Source: an uncultured Acidobacteriota bacterium (lineage in GTDB: Bacteria > Acidobacteriota > Terriglobia > UBA7540). Taken from it: 64,000 bases of DNA. The DNA lies in assembly GCA_963804995.1 (NCBI GenBank), contig CAWDSK010000006.1, forward strand, positions 928,001 to 992,000, in the 5' to 3' direction. The position numbers and the translations under genes are program-made. The notes under the pieces are model-generated. The model was not told the DNA's origin, did no database searches, and saw only the letters and a list, made by a program, of their open reading frames with translations. Position 1 is the stretch's first letter. Every line of letters begins with the position of its first letter. Below are positions 18,766 through 29,558 of the stretch, in pieces.

Positions 18766-20264
18766 AGGCCCCGGCGAGCGGGTTGGTGTCGCCCCCCGTT
18801 TGCGCCGAAACACGCCATCCCAAGGTGAGGATCCTGTTTGCCATCCTGGTGCTGGCGATGGCTGGTTACTTCGCCGCAAAGCACATTGCCTCCTGGCCCC
18901 TCAGGCTCCGGTACCCAGGAGAATTGAATGTGACAGAAGGCCGGCAAATCAAAGACATGATCGATCTGCGCCAGGGCTTGCCGGTTTACGCGCCGGCCAC
19001 GCCGGAAAGATACAACTCCGTAGAGTACGGGCCGCTCTTCTACCTGCTGGGCTCCCGTCTGGTTGACCCGTCACGGCCGAGTTTTCTGCCGCTCCGGCTG
19101 CTCTCCATGTTCGCGACGCTGGCCCTTGCGGCGGGCTGCGCTTGGCTCGCCTACCACCTGGCTCGAAGCTACCTGGCGGCGGGCTTGGCTGCGCTGTTGC
19201 TGCTGGCCTATGCGTTGGTTACAGACTGGGGCGTTGCGGTCCATCCGGACACGGTGGCTTTGCTCTTCTGGTTCGTCGGTTTCTTGATCGCCCACCGCTT
19301 CCGTGAAAGCCCCAGAATTCTTTTCGCTGTCCCCCTTATGACCCTGGCCCTTTTTTATAAGGGTCAATATGTAACTTCTGCCCTCGCAGTCCTGCTCTTT
19401 CTCGTCCTGGAAAAACGTTTGCGGCTGGCCGCTCGTTTCGCCACACTCCTGGGCTTGGCAACCGTGAGTTTCTTCCTGGCCTTTCAATTTGTGTTCTTCC
19501 GACATCAGGCTTTCTATCTTCACTTCCTCTCGTATAACCTACTCCCGTACAGCCCAAAGAGGGGCCTGGACGCAGTTATTGTGGTGGGTGTCACCCTGAT
19601 TATTCCCATCCTCGCGGGACTAACATTCCTACGGGCTTACCCGGATAAGCTGCTGGCCTGTTACTTGGGCTGGGCAGTGATCTTGGTGCCTCTGGCGCTT
19701 GCCAAGCCAGGGAGCGGGCTGAACTACTGTCTCGACTTGCTTCTGGTACTCTGCCCTCTCTTCGCGGCGCTGCTGGCAAAGAGAATCAGTAAAATGTCCA
19801 GTGCTCTACTTTGGCTATTTCTGCTGGGAGTCGCGCTTTGGCTCGGCCAACTTCCGAAGGGCCCAACCAATCCTTCTCCCATGGACTTCGCTAGCGACCG
19901 AGCGGTGGAAACATTCCTCCGCGAAAATTTCCCCGCCCACTCGGCCGGCCTGGGCGTCTTTACGGGTGACCTCTTACGCGCCGGGCTGGACACGCCGATC
20001 CAGAATATTTACCAATACAGTTGGCTCATCTGCAAGGGCACTTTACCGCCGCAGTATCTGGTGACCCAGGTCCAGGGCCGTCGCTTTCGCGTCATTCTCC
20101 TGAACAGCGATTTCCTGAACGAGGAGGACGCGCATCAGCACGATTATCTGTGTCTGCCTGAACCCCTCCACCAAGCGATTGTCCAGAACTACAAGCCTGT
20201 TGCGAGCTTTGCCTTCGACTTGGCGGGCAAGAAGCATTATTACGTGTGGGTGCCACGCAATTAA
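18762..20264 (+). CDS. Polytopic membrane protein, probable GT-C (ArnT/PMT-like) glycosyltransferase
   Basis: N-terminal TM, loop with EG and YGPLFY, about 11 TM segments, C-terminal soluble domain; ATGA overlap with the upstream gene. Confidence 0.65.
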   Translation: MKAPASGLVSPPVCAETRHPKVRILFAILVLAMAGYFAAKHIASWPLRLRYPGELNVTEGRQIKDMIDLRQGLPVYAPATPERYNSVEYGPLFYLLGSRLVDPSRPSFLPLRLLSMFATLALAAGCAWLAYHLARSYLAAGLAALLLLAYALVTDWGVAVHPDTVALLFWFVGFLIAHRFRESPRILFAVPLMTLALFYKGQYVTSALAVLLFLVLEKRLRLAARFATLLGLATVSFFLAFQFVFFRHQAFYLHFLSYNLLPYSPKRGLDAVIVVGVTLIIPILAGLTFLRAYPDKLLACYLGWAVILVPLALAKPGSGLNYCLDLLLVLCPLFAALLAKRISKMSSALLWLFLLGVALWLGQLPKGPTNPSPMDFASDRAVETFLRENFPAHSAGLGVFTGDLLRAGLDTPIQNIYQYSWLICKGTLPPQYLVTQVQGRRFRVILLNSDFLNEEDAHQHDYLCLPEPLHQAIVQNYKPVASFAFDLAGKKHYYVWVPRN

Positions 20265-20436
20265 AACCCCATGCTATCTGCTAAACTAAAAATGCTGAAG
20301 TCTTCTCCCCTCGCCGTGCAAGGAATGCCGCGCCTAGTCAAGGGAATGGCTGAACTTCCGAAAAGGGCGGCGGACGACTGAGGGTATTTGACCAGGCAGG
20401 TCAACCAAAACTTTCCGCTCAGGTCGGCGTCAAACT

Positions 20437-22026
20437 ATGCCTACGAGATTCTTGGCTTCTTGGTGTCAAATGAGAGGGCGGTCCCAACTTCTGGTGGCTG
20501 TGGGGTTGGCTTCTCTGCTGTACCTCGCGGGACTGGTGCATTTCTCGAACGTCCGGGTCATCGATGACGACGAGGGTTTCTATACCACAGCCGCCCGCTT
20601 GGTTTGGGAAGGGAAAACCCCCTATAGGGATTTCTTCTTTCATCAGGCGCCGTTGATTCCCTACTCGTATAGTTGGGTTTGGATGCTCCATCCTCAGTCC
20701 CTCATTGCCATGCGTCACTTGTCCGCGGTCCTGGGCGGTATGGCGGTGGCATTATGGGGCGTGTCCCTTCTATTCGCCAAGCGGCTCCCGACGAGAATCG
20801 CGCTTGCGACTTTTGCCACTGTCGTTCTGAACCCTTATTGGGTAGCGTGGAATTCTGTGGTGAAGACCTTCGCCCTGGCCAACCTCCTCATGTCCATCAC
20901 CCTGGTTTGCCTATACGCTGCCTTGCAGTCAGATCGACGCAGGTGGTACCTCCTAGGCGGGTTGGCGCTGGGTGCGTGCGCGTCAGCGCGCGCGCTTTAC
21001 GGCCCGGTCGTTCCACTGGTGGTGGCGTGGTTGGCATTTAGAGAGTGGCGGACATCGCGCTCATCTTACCCGAAGACCCTAGCGTTCGCCGTCGGAGCCG
21101 CCTGTGGGTTGCTGCCCCTCATGATCACCTTCACATGCGCTCCGCAAGCATTCATCTTCAGCAACATCCGTTACTATCAATGGATCGCGGGGTACCACTT
21201 GGAGAATGGCAGGGCGGTGGTTGGTTACCCCAGCTTTGGCGTTATCCTCTTGACCTACTTCGGCGACATCGTGATTCGCCTCGTGATCCTCCATCCATAC
21301 TTTGCCGCGCAATCGGCTCTGGCAGTTGTCGGGGGCCTGAGTTTCATCAGATTGCGCAAGACTCAAGGGGAGCCCTACACTCGCCAAGACCATCTCTACG
21401 CCGAGTTGGTGTTGGTCATGCTCATAACTTACAGCGCCGCGGCATTGATTAACTTTCCCACTTGGGATCAATACTTTGACGGCCCCCTGGTTCCCCTGCT
21501 GCTACCCTTTGTTGCTGAGGGCTTGCGTGTCAGCTTGGGATTGAAAAAGAAGCAGGTACTGGCGCTGGCTATGCTGGCTTCGGTCCTTGTCCTGGCGGAG
21601 GTCAGGCGCGACGCTAGAGTGTACTTGAAAGAAGGGGAATGGAGCTTGTCGTCATACCGACGGGTAACGGAAGCCATCGAGGCCAACAGCCGTCCTGGCG
21701 ATCTAGTACTTTCGTTCACACCGGGATACGTTTTTGAATCGGGCAGGCGTTACTCCCTGGGGTTGACCAACGACGTGGTGTACCGCATTATGAGTCGGAT
21801 AAACCCCGAGGAAAAATCCCGGTATCACGTGGTTTCAAAAGAGCAGATCCTACAGTCCATCGCTGCCCGGGCACCCAAAGTAATCGTAACGGGGCGCCGA
21901 AGGTGTATGGCCGAGTACTACGCCAATCTTTCGCCGGAAGACGTGCAAGCCCTTCACGCCGCTGTGAACGATAACTATTCGCAGGTCAGCGTGATTGATG
22001 CAGTTGAAGTGTACCGGCGCCGCTGA
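20437..22026 (+). CDS. ArnT/PMT-family (GT-C) glycosyltransferase
   Basis: DDDEGFY...PYRDFFFHQAP loop after TM1; many TM segments. Confidence 0.78.
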   Translation: MPTRFLASWCQMRGRSQLLVAVGLASLLYLAGLVHFSNVRVIDDDEGFYTTAARLVWEGKTPYRDFFFHQAPLIPYSYSWVWMLHPQSLIAMRHLSAVLGGMAVALWGVSLLFAKRLPTRIALATFATVVLNPYWVAWNSVVKTFALANLLMSITLVCLYAALQSDRRRWYLLGGLALGACASARALYGPVVPLVVAWLAFREWRTSRSSYPKTLAFAVGAACGLLPLMITFTCAPQAFIFSNIRYYQWIAGYHLENGRAVVGYPSFGVILLTYFGDIVIRLVILHPYFAAQSALAVVGGLSFIRLRKTQGEPYTRQDHLYAELVLVMLITYSAAALINFPTWDQYFDGPLVPLLLPFVAEGLRVSLGLKKKQVLALAMLASVLVLAEVRRDARVYLKEGEWSLSSYRRVTEAIEANSRPGDLVLSFTPGYVFESGRRYSLGLTNDVVYRIMSRINPEEKSRYHVVSKEQILQSIAARAPKVIVTGRRRCMAEYYANLSPEDVQALHAAVNDNYSQVSVIDAVEVYRRR

Positions 22027-22042
22027 CGACGTGGTGAGTTGA

Positions 22043-23767
22043 TTATCTCGCTGCCTCTTCGGAGTAGGGCACCAACTTCACCGGATCTTTGTCAGGCTCC
22101 ACCAGCCAAACGCGCCGGTCCTTGTAGTAATCAATCAGCTCTTGATTGCGGGCGGCGCCCATATCCTGTGCCCAAACCACCTTGGCGTGGTCGATATCAG
22201 CCCGGTTGTGAACCCACTCCGGCAAAGTCACGCGCAGCGCCTGGGTATGCGGTGCGTATCGCACGATGACCAACTGCCCTCCAGGGTACGCCTCTAACTG
22301 GGCCAGGATGCGGGCGCGGTCTGTAGGGTGGTTCGTCCAATTGTACCAAGTGAGTGGCCAGTCCGGGGTAAGCGGCAGGTGCAGGGGACCCGCAGCCGCG
22401 CGGAGCGCCAAAAGGAAGGCGCAACCCAGCGGCAGGACCCGGATCAAGAACTGTCCGGAGGGCCGGCCTTTTGAATGCCACTGGTATAGACGCCGCATGG
22501 CCGCGAGCAGTAAGGCGAGAAGGATGCACGTTAGAGGAGCCACGTAGTGGGGATAGAACCCCACCGCGCCAGCCAGGCCTAAGAATGAAACACAAGCAGC
22601 CACGAAAAGAAAACGCGTTGCTGGGGCGATGGCCCTCCATGAGAAACCCATGGGCAAAGTTCCTATCACCAGGACGAAGGGTAGGGTCAGCAAGGGGCCA
22701 AGAAAAAACATCCAAATATGGATGAGTTTCGCGCCAATGAGAGCGATGACGCCTATTGCCGATCGATTCTTCGTATAGAACTCAAGCTCGTTGTATTTAT
22801 AGAAGTCGTGCATCACCTGGTGGTGGTAAGCAGGCTCAGGCCGCGGAGGTAGCAGGATAAAAAAAGGCGCCACCGCGTAAGTTGCCCGGTCCACTTGGTA
22901 AGGCATGCGGAAGGGACTGCCCGTGACCCGCCAGAAGTAATAGCACGTGAACAATGCCCCCAAGCTCAGCACCAACCCCAAGGGCGCCAAGACTTGCCCC
23001 GCCACCAATCGCAGGGGGGGATGCGGCCTCCGCAGCAACCACGCGACCAGCGCGACCGCCACGGGCAAGCAGAAGATCAACCCCTCATAGGGACGGCTGT
23101 TGGCCAGAACCACCGCGCCCAAGCCCATCAACAAGGCGTCGCCCACGCGTTGTGACCTATTGATGCGCGGCAGCGCCCCCAGCACCAGTGCCCCGCCCAT
23201 CGCCGCCACGGCCCCGCCCCAATAGCTATTCGCCCAGTAACTGAACACCCCGAAATGCATCACTGCCAGGAGGCCCCCCAGCAGTGCCCAAGGGGGAGAA
23301 AACCATCCTTGCAACATCCAGCAGAGAGCCGCGCACAACAAGGCCACGCTCAGCCAGACTCCCACAAACGGGTGGCCCGTCACGACCTGTCCGAACGCCA
23401 TGACCATGCCCTGCCCCGGAGGGTACATGGAGGCATAAGTGGGTTGTTGGATTTCATGGAAAGTTTCGAAGTGAATCCACAAGGGGTGGGGGGAATTCGT
23501 CAGGCGGCCATGCGCAAAAGTGTCAGCGGCCAAGAGATGGCTGAACTCATCGTTGACGTAAGGTTGCGGTTCCGGAAGGATCGGCAAGACGGCCGCACGC
23601 GCGGCAAGCGCCACCACCGCTACGGTGAATACGGAGAGCACTCTTCGGTGGGCCAGCGCCACGAAGCGGCGCTCAACCGGAGCAAGCCACGAGGAACCCA
23701 GCCGGGGACACGTGAAGGCCATGCCCACCAAAAGCAGCGCCACGCCGAGTTCAATCCACATGAGCAT
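22043..23767 (-). CDS. Polytopic membrane protein, probable GT-C glycosyltransferase
   Basis: NDEFSHLLAADTF, SMYPPGQG, NSRPYEG; many TM segments plus C-terminal soluble domain. Confidence 0.65.
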   Translation of the reverse strand: MLMWIELGVALLLVGMAFTCPRLGSSWLAPVERRFVALAHRRVLSVFTVAVVALAARAAVLPILPEPQPYVNDEFSHLLAADTFAHGRLTNSPHPLWIHFETFHEIQQPTYASMYPPGQGMVMAFGQVVTGHPFVGVWLSVALLCAALCWMLQGWFSPPWALLGGLLAVMHFGVFSYWANSYWGGAVAAMGGALVLGALPRINRSQRVGDALLMGLGAVVLANSRPYEGLIFCLPVAVALVAWLLRRPHPPLRLVAGQVLAPLGLVLSLGALFTCYYFWRVTGSPFRMPYQVDRATYAVAPFFILLPPRPEPAYHHQVMHDFYKYNELEFYTKNRSAIGVIALIGAKLIHIWMFFLGPLLTLPFVLVIGTLPMGFSWRAIAPATRFLFVAACVSFLGLAGAVGFYPHYVAPLTCILLALLLAAMRRLYQWHSKGRPSGQFLIRVLPLGCAFLLALRAAAGPLHLPLTPDWPLTWYNWTNHPTDRARILAQLEAYPGGQLVIVRYAPHTQALRVTLPEWVHNRADIDHAKVVWAQDMGAARNQELIDYYKDRRVWLVEPDKDPVKLVPYSEEAAR

Positions 23768-25370
23768 CAGTGAAACCTGCCGGGCCCCGCGCCAGACCCG
23801 CTTTCCGCACGAACAGTATACTTAACCCGTCGTCGTAGGCCTTCTGCCATTCGGGTTGAGCACCGAGCAGCCCGGCCAATGCCGTGTTGCGCTTCACCAG
23901 GCAGGACTGGACGTTGTACCTCTTCAGCAGAAGTAGGGCCCGTGGGCTGGGCAAGATGATGCGCAGGTACTCAGCCAAGACTCCGGAATGCTCATAAATA
24001 TCGAGCCGGCCATCGATGAACACCTTGTGCGCCGGCCCCAGCGACTCGATCAAGTAGCCACCCCAATCAGAGTCGTTAAACATGGGCACTGGCACAGTGT
24101 GGGTACGTATGTACTGGACGGCTCCCTGCGGCAGTCGGTGCGGGAGCGCATTTTGCAACTCACGGGTGCGGGGCATGAAAGCCGCGATGCCGGCAGCTAT
24201 CCCTAGCATGAGGGCGGCGTTCAGAAGATACCGGTCGCTCCCCCCCCGACCCGCCGGGACCCAGCGCGCCAGAACTGTGGCGAGCAGCGGAGCGCATACT
24301 GGAACCAAAAGCACCAGGAGCCGGGCGTGGGCGGTGGTGGCATAGACAGCCAGAAGCAACAAGATGATATCTTCAACGCGCTGAACAGGCTTAAAGAGAA
24401 TCTGGGCAATCAATATGCCGAGCAGCAGAAGCAGCAACATGATTCCCAACCCTTGGGACCAATCCAGAGGCCGCCATTCCCGAATGACCGCGAAGTTAAG
24501 GGGCTGGGAGAGGGCCAACCGGAAGAGGTAGGACACCAGGCGGGTTCCGTACGGCGTAATCGTGAGCGCCAGTATGGACAGAAGGGAACAGACTTCAAGA
24601 TGCCGCCTTTGGCCGTCGGTCCAACGCACGGCCGCGATACCTGCCCATCTCCCCTTCATCAAGCCACACACCAAGTAAACTACGAGCGCCAGCAGCCCCA
24701 GGACAAAGGAACCATGCGTGTTCACCCAGAGCGCAAACACCACCGGAAGCGCCCAAATTGCTCGGGGATAGCCTTGGCGAAATCGTTCCAGGCATATCAG
24801 TGTAATCAGCAAATAGACGTAGCCGATTTGCTGCGGACGTAGTATGGAAAACAGCATCACCCCGGGCAACAGCACCCCAGCGGCTAGAAAGGCAGCCCGC
24901 GGATTCCCGCAACGCAGGTAGGCGTAAACGTAAATGAGCAGTATGATGCCGCCTTGCAGTACCAGGAAGAGAGCTGCCAAGGCACTCAGGCCGCCCGCGC
25001 GGGCCACCGCCGCCAGGATGACCTCTCCCAGCCATTCATAAGCAATCCATTCTGTACCCGCTGCGGTGTATGAGTACGTGTCGGATGTGGGCCAAGTGTG
25101 CGTGGCCAGGATTTGCTTGCCCACCGTGATATGCCACCACAGGTCCCCTTCCAGGAAAAACTGTGCGGGGCTGGCACCCTGCGCCGAGCGCACTTGGTCG
25201 ATATTGCCCCGGATAACCACGAAGGTGGCGGCGACCAGCAACGCCGCGAGGAACACGGGGAAGGAGAAGCATTTCCGCCACGTTGCCGCGGCCTCCGGAC
25301 CCGGGCCTTCAGACACCTTGCACACCCCCTGCGGGTTATTCCCTACCACCAACTCACCTCGTTCAGGCAT
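23751..25370 (-). CDS. Probable GT-C membrane protein, DxWWH family, paralogue 1 (start uncertain)
   Basis: EGDLWWH, YSYTA, AYEWL, LRPQ, WVNTHG, TPYG, NDSDWGGYL, FIDGR. Confidence 0.7.
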   Translation of the reverse strand: MPERGELVVGNNPQGVCKVSEGPGPEAAATWRKCFSFPVFLAALLVAATFVVIRGNIDQVRSAQGASPAQFFLEGDLWWHITVGKQILATHTWPTSDTYSYTAAGTEWIAYEWLGEVILAAVARAGGLSALAALFLVLQGGIILLIYVYAYLRCGNPRAAFLAAGVLLPGVMLFSILRPQQIGYVYLLITLICLERFRQGYPRAIWALPVVFALWVNTHGSFVLGLLALVVYLVCGLMKGRWAGIAAVRWTDGQRRHLEVCSLLSILALTITPYGTRLVSYLFRLALSQPLNFAVIREWRPLDWSQGLGIMLLLLLLGILIAQILFKPVQRVEDIILLLLAVYATTAHARLLVLLVPVCAPLLATVLARWVPAGRGGSDRYLLNAALMLGIAAGIAAFMPRTRELQNALPHRLPQGAVQYIRTHTVPVPMFNDSDWGGYLIESLGPAHKVFIDGRLDIYEHSGVLAEYLRIILPSPRALLLLKRYNVQSCLVKRNTALAGLLGAQPEWQKAYDDGLSILFVRKAGLARGPAGFTDAHVD

Positions 25371-25440
25371 TTCCAAATCTATCCATGGCCGATGTCCGGG
25401 CTGGGGGGCGGTCGATGCCGCTTGCCGTCCCCTCGCTCCC

Positions 25441-26670
25441 CTACCGGTCCGGAACCAAACCGCGTTCCCCTCCCTCAAGCTGCGATGCACTCCCCGCCAT
25501 CGCTGCCCATGCCAGCAACACAAGAGCCGGCGCAAGAAGGTACAACGGCTCCACTTGAAACGTCAGTAGGCACACTGGAACCACATAGAGTGCGGCGATG
25601 ACGACCGTCCGTGTCGCGCGCCAAGCGGATCCCTCTGCGTACCGGGCGGAACCAAGGATCAGCAGCACAGCCATCAGGGTCGGGCTGAGGTCATGAATCA
25701 AGAGATGATACGCAGTGACCTCAGAGACCACCAGCGCCGCAGCGAACATTAGGTCGAACGATGGGCCCTCCCCGGGGCCCTGAAGACGCCACCGCCAAGC
25801 CACATATCCGATCAAGACAACTGAAGCCAGCACTACCACACCGTTGACGACAGGTCCCGGAAGCACCGGCGCCAGAATCGCATGGAAGAAGCCGCGCAGA
25901 TTGGGCATCGCCGAAACCTGGATGGCATAGGGGGGATAGGTTGGCCGCTTCACCGTATCGAGCAGCAGGTGCACGTAACCGATCAAACCCGCTCGTCCGA
26001 CGGCGAGGAGCGACACCACGCCAAGCGTGCAACCTGTCCAGGTGAACCAAGCGGCGAGCCTCCACTTGCCCTTCAGCAGACAGATGAGGGCCAAAGGCGC
26101 CGCGACGGGAAACTTGCATAAACCGAGGCCCAGAAAAACTCCCGCCCACCCCTCACGGCGACGCTTCAAACAGACAAACACCAACGACAGCAAGACCAGG
26201 AGGAGAATCGACATCTGCCCCTGCATAAGTGCGATCCATACCGGGAAGAAGATGAAGCACAGCAAGAGATATTGCAGCGGCTGCCTTGGAGCCGGCGCGT
26301 AGGGACGCATGAGGTACACAAAAAATATCCACAACACGATGTTGATCGCTCCCCAGATTGCGTAAGCAACCGCGTAGGGAAGCCTCGAGAGCGGTGCGAA
26401 CATCCAAGCCTCAAAAGGTGGATGGTTGAACACAAACACGCCGCCCCAATGGAACACCGCCCGCTCGACCTGCGCCTGCTTCTCTAAGTCATAAAGCCTG
26501 GCTCCCTCCCCTTGACTCACGATTCGCGCGGCGGCGTAAACATTGGTGAAGTCATGGTTGAGCGTCGGAAGCCCCAGCGCGTTTACGAGCACGACACAGA
26601 AAAGTATCGTCGCGGAGATTCCCACGGCAATCTGCACCTGCCGCTTGTCCGGGACTTGCGTGGCTGGCAC
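25441..26670 (-). CDS. GT87/DUF2029 family glycosyltransferase
   Basis: DFTNVYAAA...LYD, FNHPPF...PL, QGQMS, LCKFP, HDL. Confidence 0.82.
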   Translation of the reverse strand: MPATQVPDKRQVQIAVGISATILFCVVLVNALGLPTLNHDFTNVYAAARIVSQGEGARLYDLEKQAQVERAVFHWGGVFVFNHPPFEAWMFAPLSRLPYAVAYAIWGAINIVLWIFFVYLMRPYAPAPRQPLQYLLLCFIFFPVWIALMQGQMSILLLVLLSLVFVCLKRRREGWAGVFLGLGLCKFPVAAPLALICLLKGKWRLAAWFTWTGCTLGVVSLLAVGRAGLIGYVHLLLDTVKRPTYPPYAIQVSAMPNLRGFFHAILAPVLPGPVVNGVVVLASVVLIGYVAWRWRLQGPGEGPSFDLMFAAALVVSEVTAYHLLIHDLSPTLMAVLLILGSARYAEGSAWRATRTVVIAALYVVPVCLLTFQVEPLYLLAPALVLLAWAAMAGSASQLEGGERGLVPDR

Positions 26671-26673
26671 CGT

Positions 26674-28386
26674 TTACCTCAGCTCCGACTGCGTATATTT
26701 ACCGCTTTGCTCAATCTCCGGTGGCAGGCGCGAGGCGAATTGCCGAAGGTGAGCGATAAGCGCCCTCTCCTCGGAGCCATCGACCGCGTAAAAAGATACT
26801 GTGTCCTCGAAACACATGTAATTATCGAACAACTTCCAGCGGCCCACTTGAATCCACTGTACCGGAAGGCCACCGCGCCCGCCGTACCCGTTATAGAAGA
26901 TGGTGTCGGAGACGATGGCTATTTTAGTCCCCCGCAGCTTGGTTATCTGGTCGATTCGTTGGGGTGTGAGCCCACCCTCGATCCTCCCTCTTGCCGCCTC
27001 CAGGCTGCCCAGTCCCCACAAGTCCACCAGGTGCGGCTCTCCCAGGTAGCTCACTGATCCGATGTCGTTGGCGGCGATGGGGGCGCCACGGTAGAACTGC
27101 TGCAGAAACAATCCCATTTGGTACTGCTGTTCGTAAATGTTATGACATGCCTGGGTAATATGGCTTAGCGCATTGTATCCGCGCGAGCCCAGCACCAGGA
27201 GCGGCAGGAAAAGCGAATACCCCAGCCACACGCCCGCCAACTGGGTCTCAAGCTTGCTGCTGATGCGTCCCTGGCGGCCCGTCAAGTATTCGTAAACGCC
27301 GACGGCGAGAACCAGCAGGCTGAGAGCAATCAGATAAGCTTCGTACCTGAAAAACCAACCAAACCTGGCAAACCGAAGGTGCAACGCGGAAGCAAATATA
27401 ACCAGCGCCATCATGATGCTGCTCTTTCTCCAGAACGTTCCCTTTTGGTGGACAAGAAGTGGCAACAACATGAGGAGGGCGAGCACCGTCGCCCATACGT
27501 CCGCGGTCTTCGTCCACCCCTCCCAATTACCCATGAGCGACAATGTACGCAACTCCCCGATCGCATGGGGCAGGTTCGCTTTCAAGAGGACCGAGTTCGG
27601 CAGCCAATACCACCCGTGGCGCACCGAGATTGCTCCATAGATAGTGAGGGGAAGTGCGGCGATCACACCCAAACCCAAAGCCTCCATCCACCGCCGGCGC
27701 GCGAAAAAAAGCAGGCAGGCTGCGAAAACCAGAAACAGCTCCTCATAGCGAACCAACGGCAAGACTGCCGTAAGCACCCAGAGCCCAGAGGAGGCTCCAA
27801 CTCGTGACCCCTCGTCCCCTGCCAGCTCCTTGGCCACAACGTACACGAAGAGGATGGAGATGCCAATCTGCAGAGTGTGTTCCATGCCGGTGAAGATCAT
27901 GGCAGGAAGCGGGGCCAGGAATACAATCCCCAGAAGCGCCACAGCTTGATACCGTTGTGGTAGTCCCATTTCCCTCAGGATAATGTAAACCACCAGGAGC
28001 GTGGCGCCGGCCAATATCACGTTAAGGAACAAGGGGACCAACTCACTGGTTCCACCCAAGGCGTAGATCAAGGCGAGCAGAAGGGGCCAGAGGATTGTGG
28101 ACGTGGAGGAACTGAACTGGTACGGGGTTACTCCCCACACCCCATGCTCGGCAAAGTTCTTGGCCACCGACAGGATGATATAGATGTTGTCGACGGCATA
28201 GACAAACTTCCCTGCGTTGGCCCGTAGGCACAGGATAAAAGCGCCGGCTATGGCAGCGCACATTACCCCCAGCGCTGCCGCCAGGGGCCAATGCCGAGCC
28301 CATGCGTTCTTCAAAGATTTCCCCTCATCCGCGTCCTGGTTGGCCGGCCCTCGGTCCGCCCGGCCCATTGTACTCTTTCTCTCCAT
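26674..28386 (-). CDS. Polytopic membrane protein, probable GT-C (AftB-like DDxYI family)
   Basis: VDNIYI..AKNFAEHG, SSTS.LW, GMEH, RYE, PNSV, DIG...DLWGL. Confidence 0.65.
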   Translation of the reverse strand: MERKSTMGRADRGPANQDADEGKSLKNAWARHWPLAAALGVMCAAIAGAFILCLRANAGKFVYAVDNIYIILSVAKNFAEHGVWGVTPYQFSSSTSTILWPLLLALIYALGGTSELVPLFLNVILAGATLLVVYIILREMGLPQRYQAVALLGIVFLAPLPAMIFTGMEHTLQIGISILFVYVVAKELAGDEGSRVGASSGLWVLTAVLPLVRYEELFLVFAACLLFFARRRWMEALGLGVIAALPLTIYGAISVRHGWYWLPNSVLLKANLPHAIGELRTLSLMGNWEGWTKTADVWATVLALLMLLPLLVHQKGTFWRKSSIMMALVIFASALHLRFARFGWFFRYEAYLIALSLLVLAVGVYEYLTGRQGRISSKLETQLAGVWLGYSLFLPLLVLGSRGYNALSHITQACHNIYEQQYQMGLFLQQFYRGAPIAANDIGSVSYLGEPHLVDLWGLGSLEAARGRIEGGLTPQRIDQITKLRGTKIAIVSDTIFYNGYGGRGGLPVQWIQVGRWKLFDNYMCFEDTVSFYAVDGSEERALIAHLRQFASRLPPEIEQSGKYTQSELR

Positions 28387-28779
28387 GCCGTCGTGGCATT
28401 ACGCGTCCTGGGTAGGGGACGGTAGTGAGCCGGCAGCTTTCCCCTGACACGCAGTGCATCGTACTCCGCTTCATAAGTACGCTAATGTATTCGTGATTCA
28501 GGTTTGGTTGGCAACCACGGCTGTCCGGATTAGCGAACCCTTCGAGTGATCAAAGCGGCTCGGCCGTAAGTTACTACCCGCTCATTTGAGCGTAATTTGG
28601 ACAAGCTCGGTTGTCAACACGGCTCCGCCGCCTGCTGTGCGGAAAGCCTCTGGCTTTCCGGCGCAATCCGCTTGATTTCTCTTTCTCTGCGCCTCAGCGT
28701 CTCTGCGCGAGATTGTCTATTTCTTCACAGCTTCCGATTGGGGCCTTCGGTTCTCCCTGAGGGGAAATCCGAGGGCAGC

Positions 28780-29198
28780 AAGCGTAGCGCGGTCCCCCGG
28801 TTTTGGGGTCCGCGGCTCTTCGTTTGGTAAACTGCAAATCACAAATCGGGCCGTCCGCGCCACACCACGATACGTTCGCTCACACGTCACAGGAAGAGCC
28901 GCAGACCTCAACGACGGAGGTCTGCGCTACGATGTTTGCTCCCTCGGTATAGTTAGCATGAAGCGTAGCGCGGTCCCCCGGTTTTGGGGTCCGCGGCTCT
29001 TCGTTTGGTAAACTGCAAATCACAAATCGGGCCGTCCGCGCCACACCACGATACGTTCGCTCACACGTCACAGGAAGAGCCGCAGACCTCAACGACGGAG
29101 GTCTGCGCTACGATGTTTGCTCCCTCGGTATAGTTAGCATGAAGCGTAGCGCGGTCCCCCGGTTTTGGGGTTCTTCATTTGGAAAACCCGCAAATCTC
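28780..29198. repeat. 181-bp tandem repeat (two full copies plus a degenerate partial third), each unit a REP family B doublet
   Basis: Units start at 28780, 28961 and 29142; GTAGCGCGGTCC...GCGGCTCTTC and GAAGAGCCGCAGACCTC..GAGGTCTGCGCTAC form an inverted pair. Confidence 0.9.
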
Positions 29199-29293
29199 TT
29201 GATCTGAACCTATAGCCCTGGGGCGCCGCGGCGACAGAGGGGCGGGGGTAAGGGGGTCGTAGGGTCCAGCGGAGAACCTCCGTGAGCAAGGAC

Positions 29294-29335
29294 TTTTCAC
29301 TTTTGCCTTTTGCATTTTGCATTTTGCCTTTTGAC
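29294..29335. repeat. Heptamer simple repeat (TTTTGCM-like) x6
   Basis: ttttcac ttttgcc ttttgca ttttgca ttttgcc ttttgac. Confidence 0.8.
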
Positions 29336-29558
29336 TTTCCTTTGCGGCTCCGCCGCCCTGCGCTGCTCGCCGAGAAGCAAAACTCTCCGCTACCCCCTCA
29401 GGGTTTGGTGGTAATTTGTACGCGGGGAAGGAATGCCGGCACAACTCCCGGCTGCTGACGTTGGCGCCCTGAGCTACTCGGAAGCCTCCGTCACCCCCTG
29501 CACGTGAAACACCTGATTCCCACGAACGTCAGGAGAACCGAAGCCATAGGACAAACCC

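Noticed and set aside
28780..29198. CRISPR array
   Set aside because: Spacers are identical, the period is 181 bp and no cas genes are present.
29260..29405. Glycine riboswitch upstream of the FAD oxidoreductase
   Set aside because: Fragments GGAGA, GCCGA and CTCAGG occur but not in aptamer spacing, and a 7-mer repeat interrupts them. An Rfam scan would settle it.
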